A stretch of 15,858 nt of DNA from Trueperaceae bacterium (GTDB lineage: Bacteria; Deinococcota; Deinococci; Deinococcales; Trueperaceae), in NCBI GenBank assembly GCA_040905465.1, contig JBBDRK010000075.1, positions 1-15,858 on the forward strand. Reading direction: 5' to 3'. The position numbers and the translations under genes were made by a program. Within the stretch, counting starts at the first letter, position 1. Every line of letters starts with the position of its first letter. Under the pieces are notes generated by a model. That model did no database searches. It was given only the letters and a program-made list of their open reading frames with translations, and was not told where the DNA came from. Below, in pieces: positions 15,369-15,858 of this stretch.

Positions 15369-15533
15369 CTAGACCTTCACTTCGCGGTGGACGGTGTGCT
15401 TCCGGTCCCAGGGGCAGAACTTGCGAAGCTGCAACTTCTCCTGCGTGTTCCGGCGATTCTTGTTGGATGTGTAGTTGCGCCGTTTGCACTCAGTGCACTC
15501 GAGCTGCAGCTTGATGCGGACATCGCTTGCCAT
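15369..15533 (-). CDS. rpmG: 50S ribosomal protein L33 (54 aa)
   Basis: [21 protein letters not shown]...KN...[29 protein letters not shown] before ATG 15533. Confidence 0.98.
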   Translation of the reverse strand: MASDVRIKLQLECTECKRRNYTSNKNRRNTQEKLQLRKFCPWDRKHTVHREVKV

Positions 15534-15553
15534 GGTCGTCTCCCAATCGAAAC

Positions 15554-15562
15554 AGGATAGCA
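15554..15562 (-). promoter_or_regulatory. Candidate extended -10 promoter for rpmG-secE-nusG
   Basis: TG-C-TATCCT (TGnTANNNT) 20 nt upstream of the rpmG ATG. Confidence 0.55.
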
Positions 15563-15696
15563 CCCGCGGAGCGGCTGCGGTGTCGCCCACGAACTGAGGG
15601 GCGGGTGCGGAGGGGAGTGCGCCGGCCAAGGGACCGCGCACGCGGAGGTGCGGAGGTGTTGCGACACCTGAAGGGTCGTTACCCGGCCGCCACTAA

Positions 15697-15854
15697 CCTG
15701 TCACCAGTTGCCCGGTGACAGGCATTTTCTCGGCACTCATCTGGTCACACGTTGCGCATGTGACCATCACTTGGTCACTCGTTGCGCTTGTGACCATTAC
15801 TTGTACTTGGTCACCTTTCCTTTTGTGACCATCATTTGGTCACGACGGTGACTA
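15697..15854. repeat. Array of five GTCAC/GTGAC palindromic hairpin units
   Basis: CCTGTCACC-N8-GGTGACAGG (15697-15722); TGGTCAC-N11-GTGACCA (15742-15766 and 15772-15796); TGGTCAC-N10-GTGACCA (15808-15831); TGGTCAC-N4-GTGACTA (15837-15854). Confidence 0.9.
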
Positions 15855-15858
15855 CGCC
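15832..15858 (-). CDS. tuf: Probable 3' end of elongation factor Tu (partial)
   Basis: GGC GTA GTC ACC GTC GTG ACC AAA TGA = GVVTVVTK*, resembling the EF-Tu terminus (GA)GVVTxxxx*; tuf commonly precedes rpmG-secE-nusG. Only 8 sense codons are visible. Confidence 0.55.
   Translation of the reverse strand, partial: GVVTVVTK

Noticed and set aside
15534-15641. Longer L33 N-terminus in the ORF track
   Set aside because: True start is ATG 15533 with an SD; the extension covers the probable promoter.
15604-15658. GCGGAGG short repeats
   Set aside because: Short, GC-rich and irregularly spaced; compatible with slippage or chance.
15094-15696. tRNA gene (e.g. tRNA-Trp) near rpmG/secE
   Set aside because: rpmG and secE are 1 nt apart, and no cloverleaf or T-loop motif was found in the spacers.
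15737-15858. CRISPR array interpretation of the terminal repeats
   Set aside because: Intervening segments are only 4-11 nt, two are near-identical, and no cas genes are present.

Overview
High-GC bacterial chromosome segment, most likely Deinococcota (Thermus/Truepera-like), judged from lineage-specific RNA polymerase insertions and the L33/NusG/L10 sequences. Positions 3.7-15.5 kb hold the minus-strand core cluster rpmG-secE-nusG-rplK-rplA-rplJ-rplL-rpoB-rpoC; the last codons of a probable tuf gene sit at the right edge. Positions 0.4-3.5 kb hold accessory genes: a stand-alone YqgF/Tex-type RNase H-fold protein, a CAP-domain probable lipoprotein, a DinB/YfiT-family protein and a YbfB/YjiJ-family MFS transporter. 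The proteins are ordinary; the interesting signals are non-coding. The most unusual is an array of GTCAC/GTGAC palindromic hairpins (15697-15854) that starts inside the putative tuf 3' end, repeats its VTK-stop sequence and carries two stop/start-overlapped micro-ORFs. Also seen: an L10 leader, a strand-swapped L1-binding motif before rplK, a long structured rplL-rpoB spacer, -10 boxes implying leaderless mRNAs, and an AT-richer structured segment at the left end. No tRNA, rRNA, CRISPR array or mobile element was recognised.
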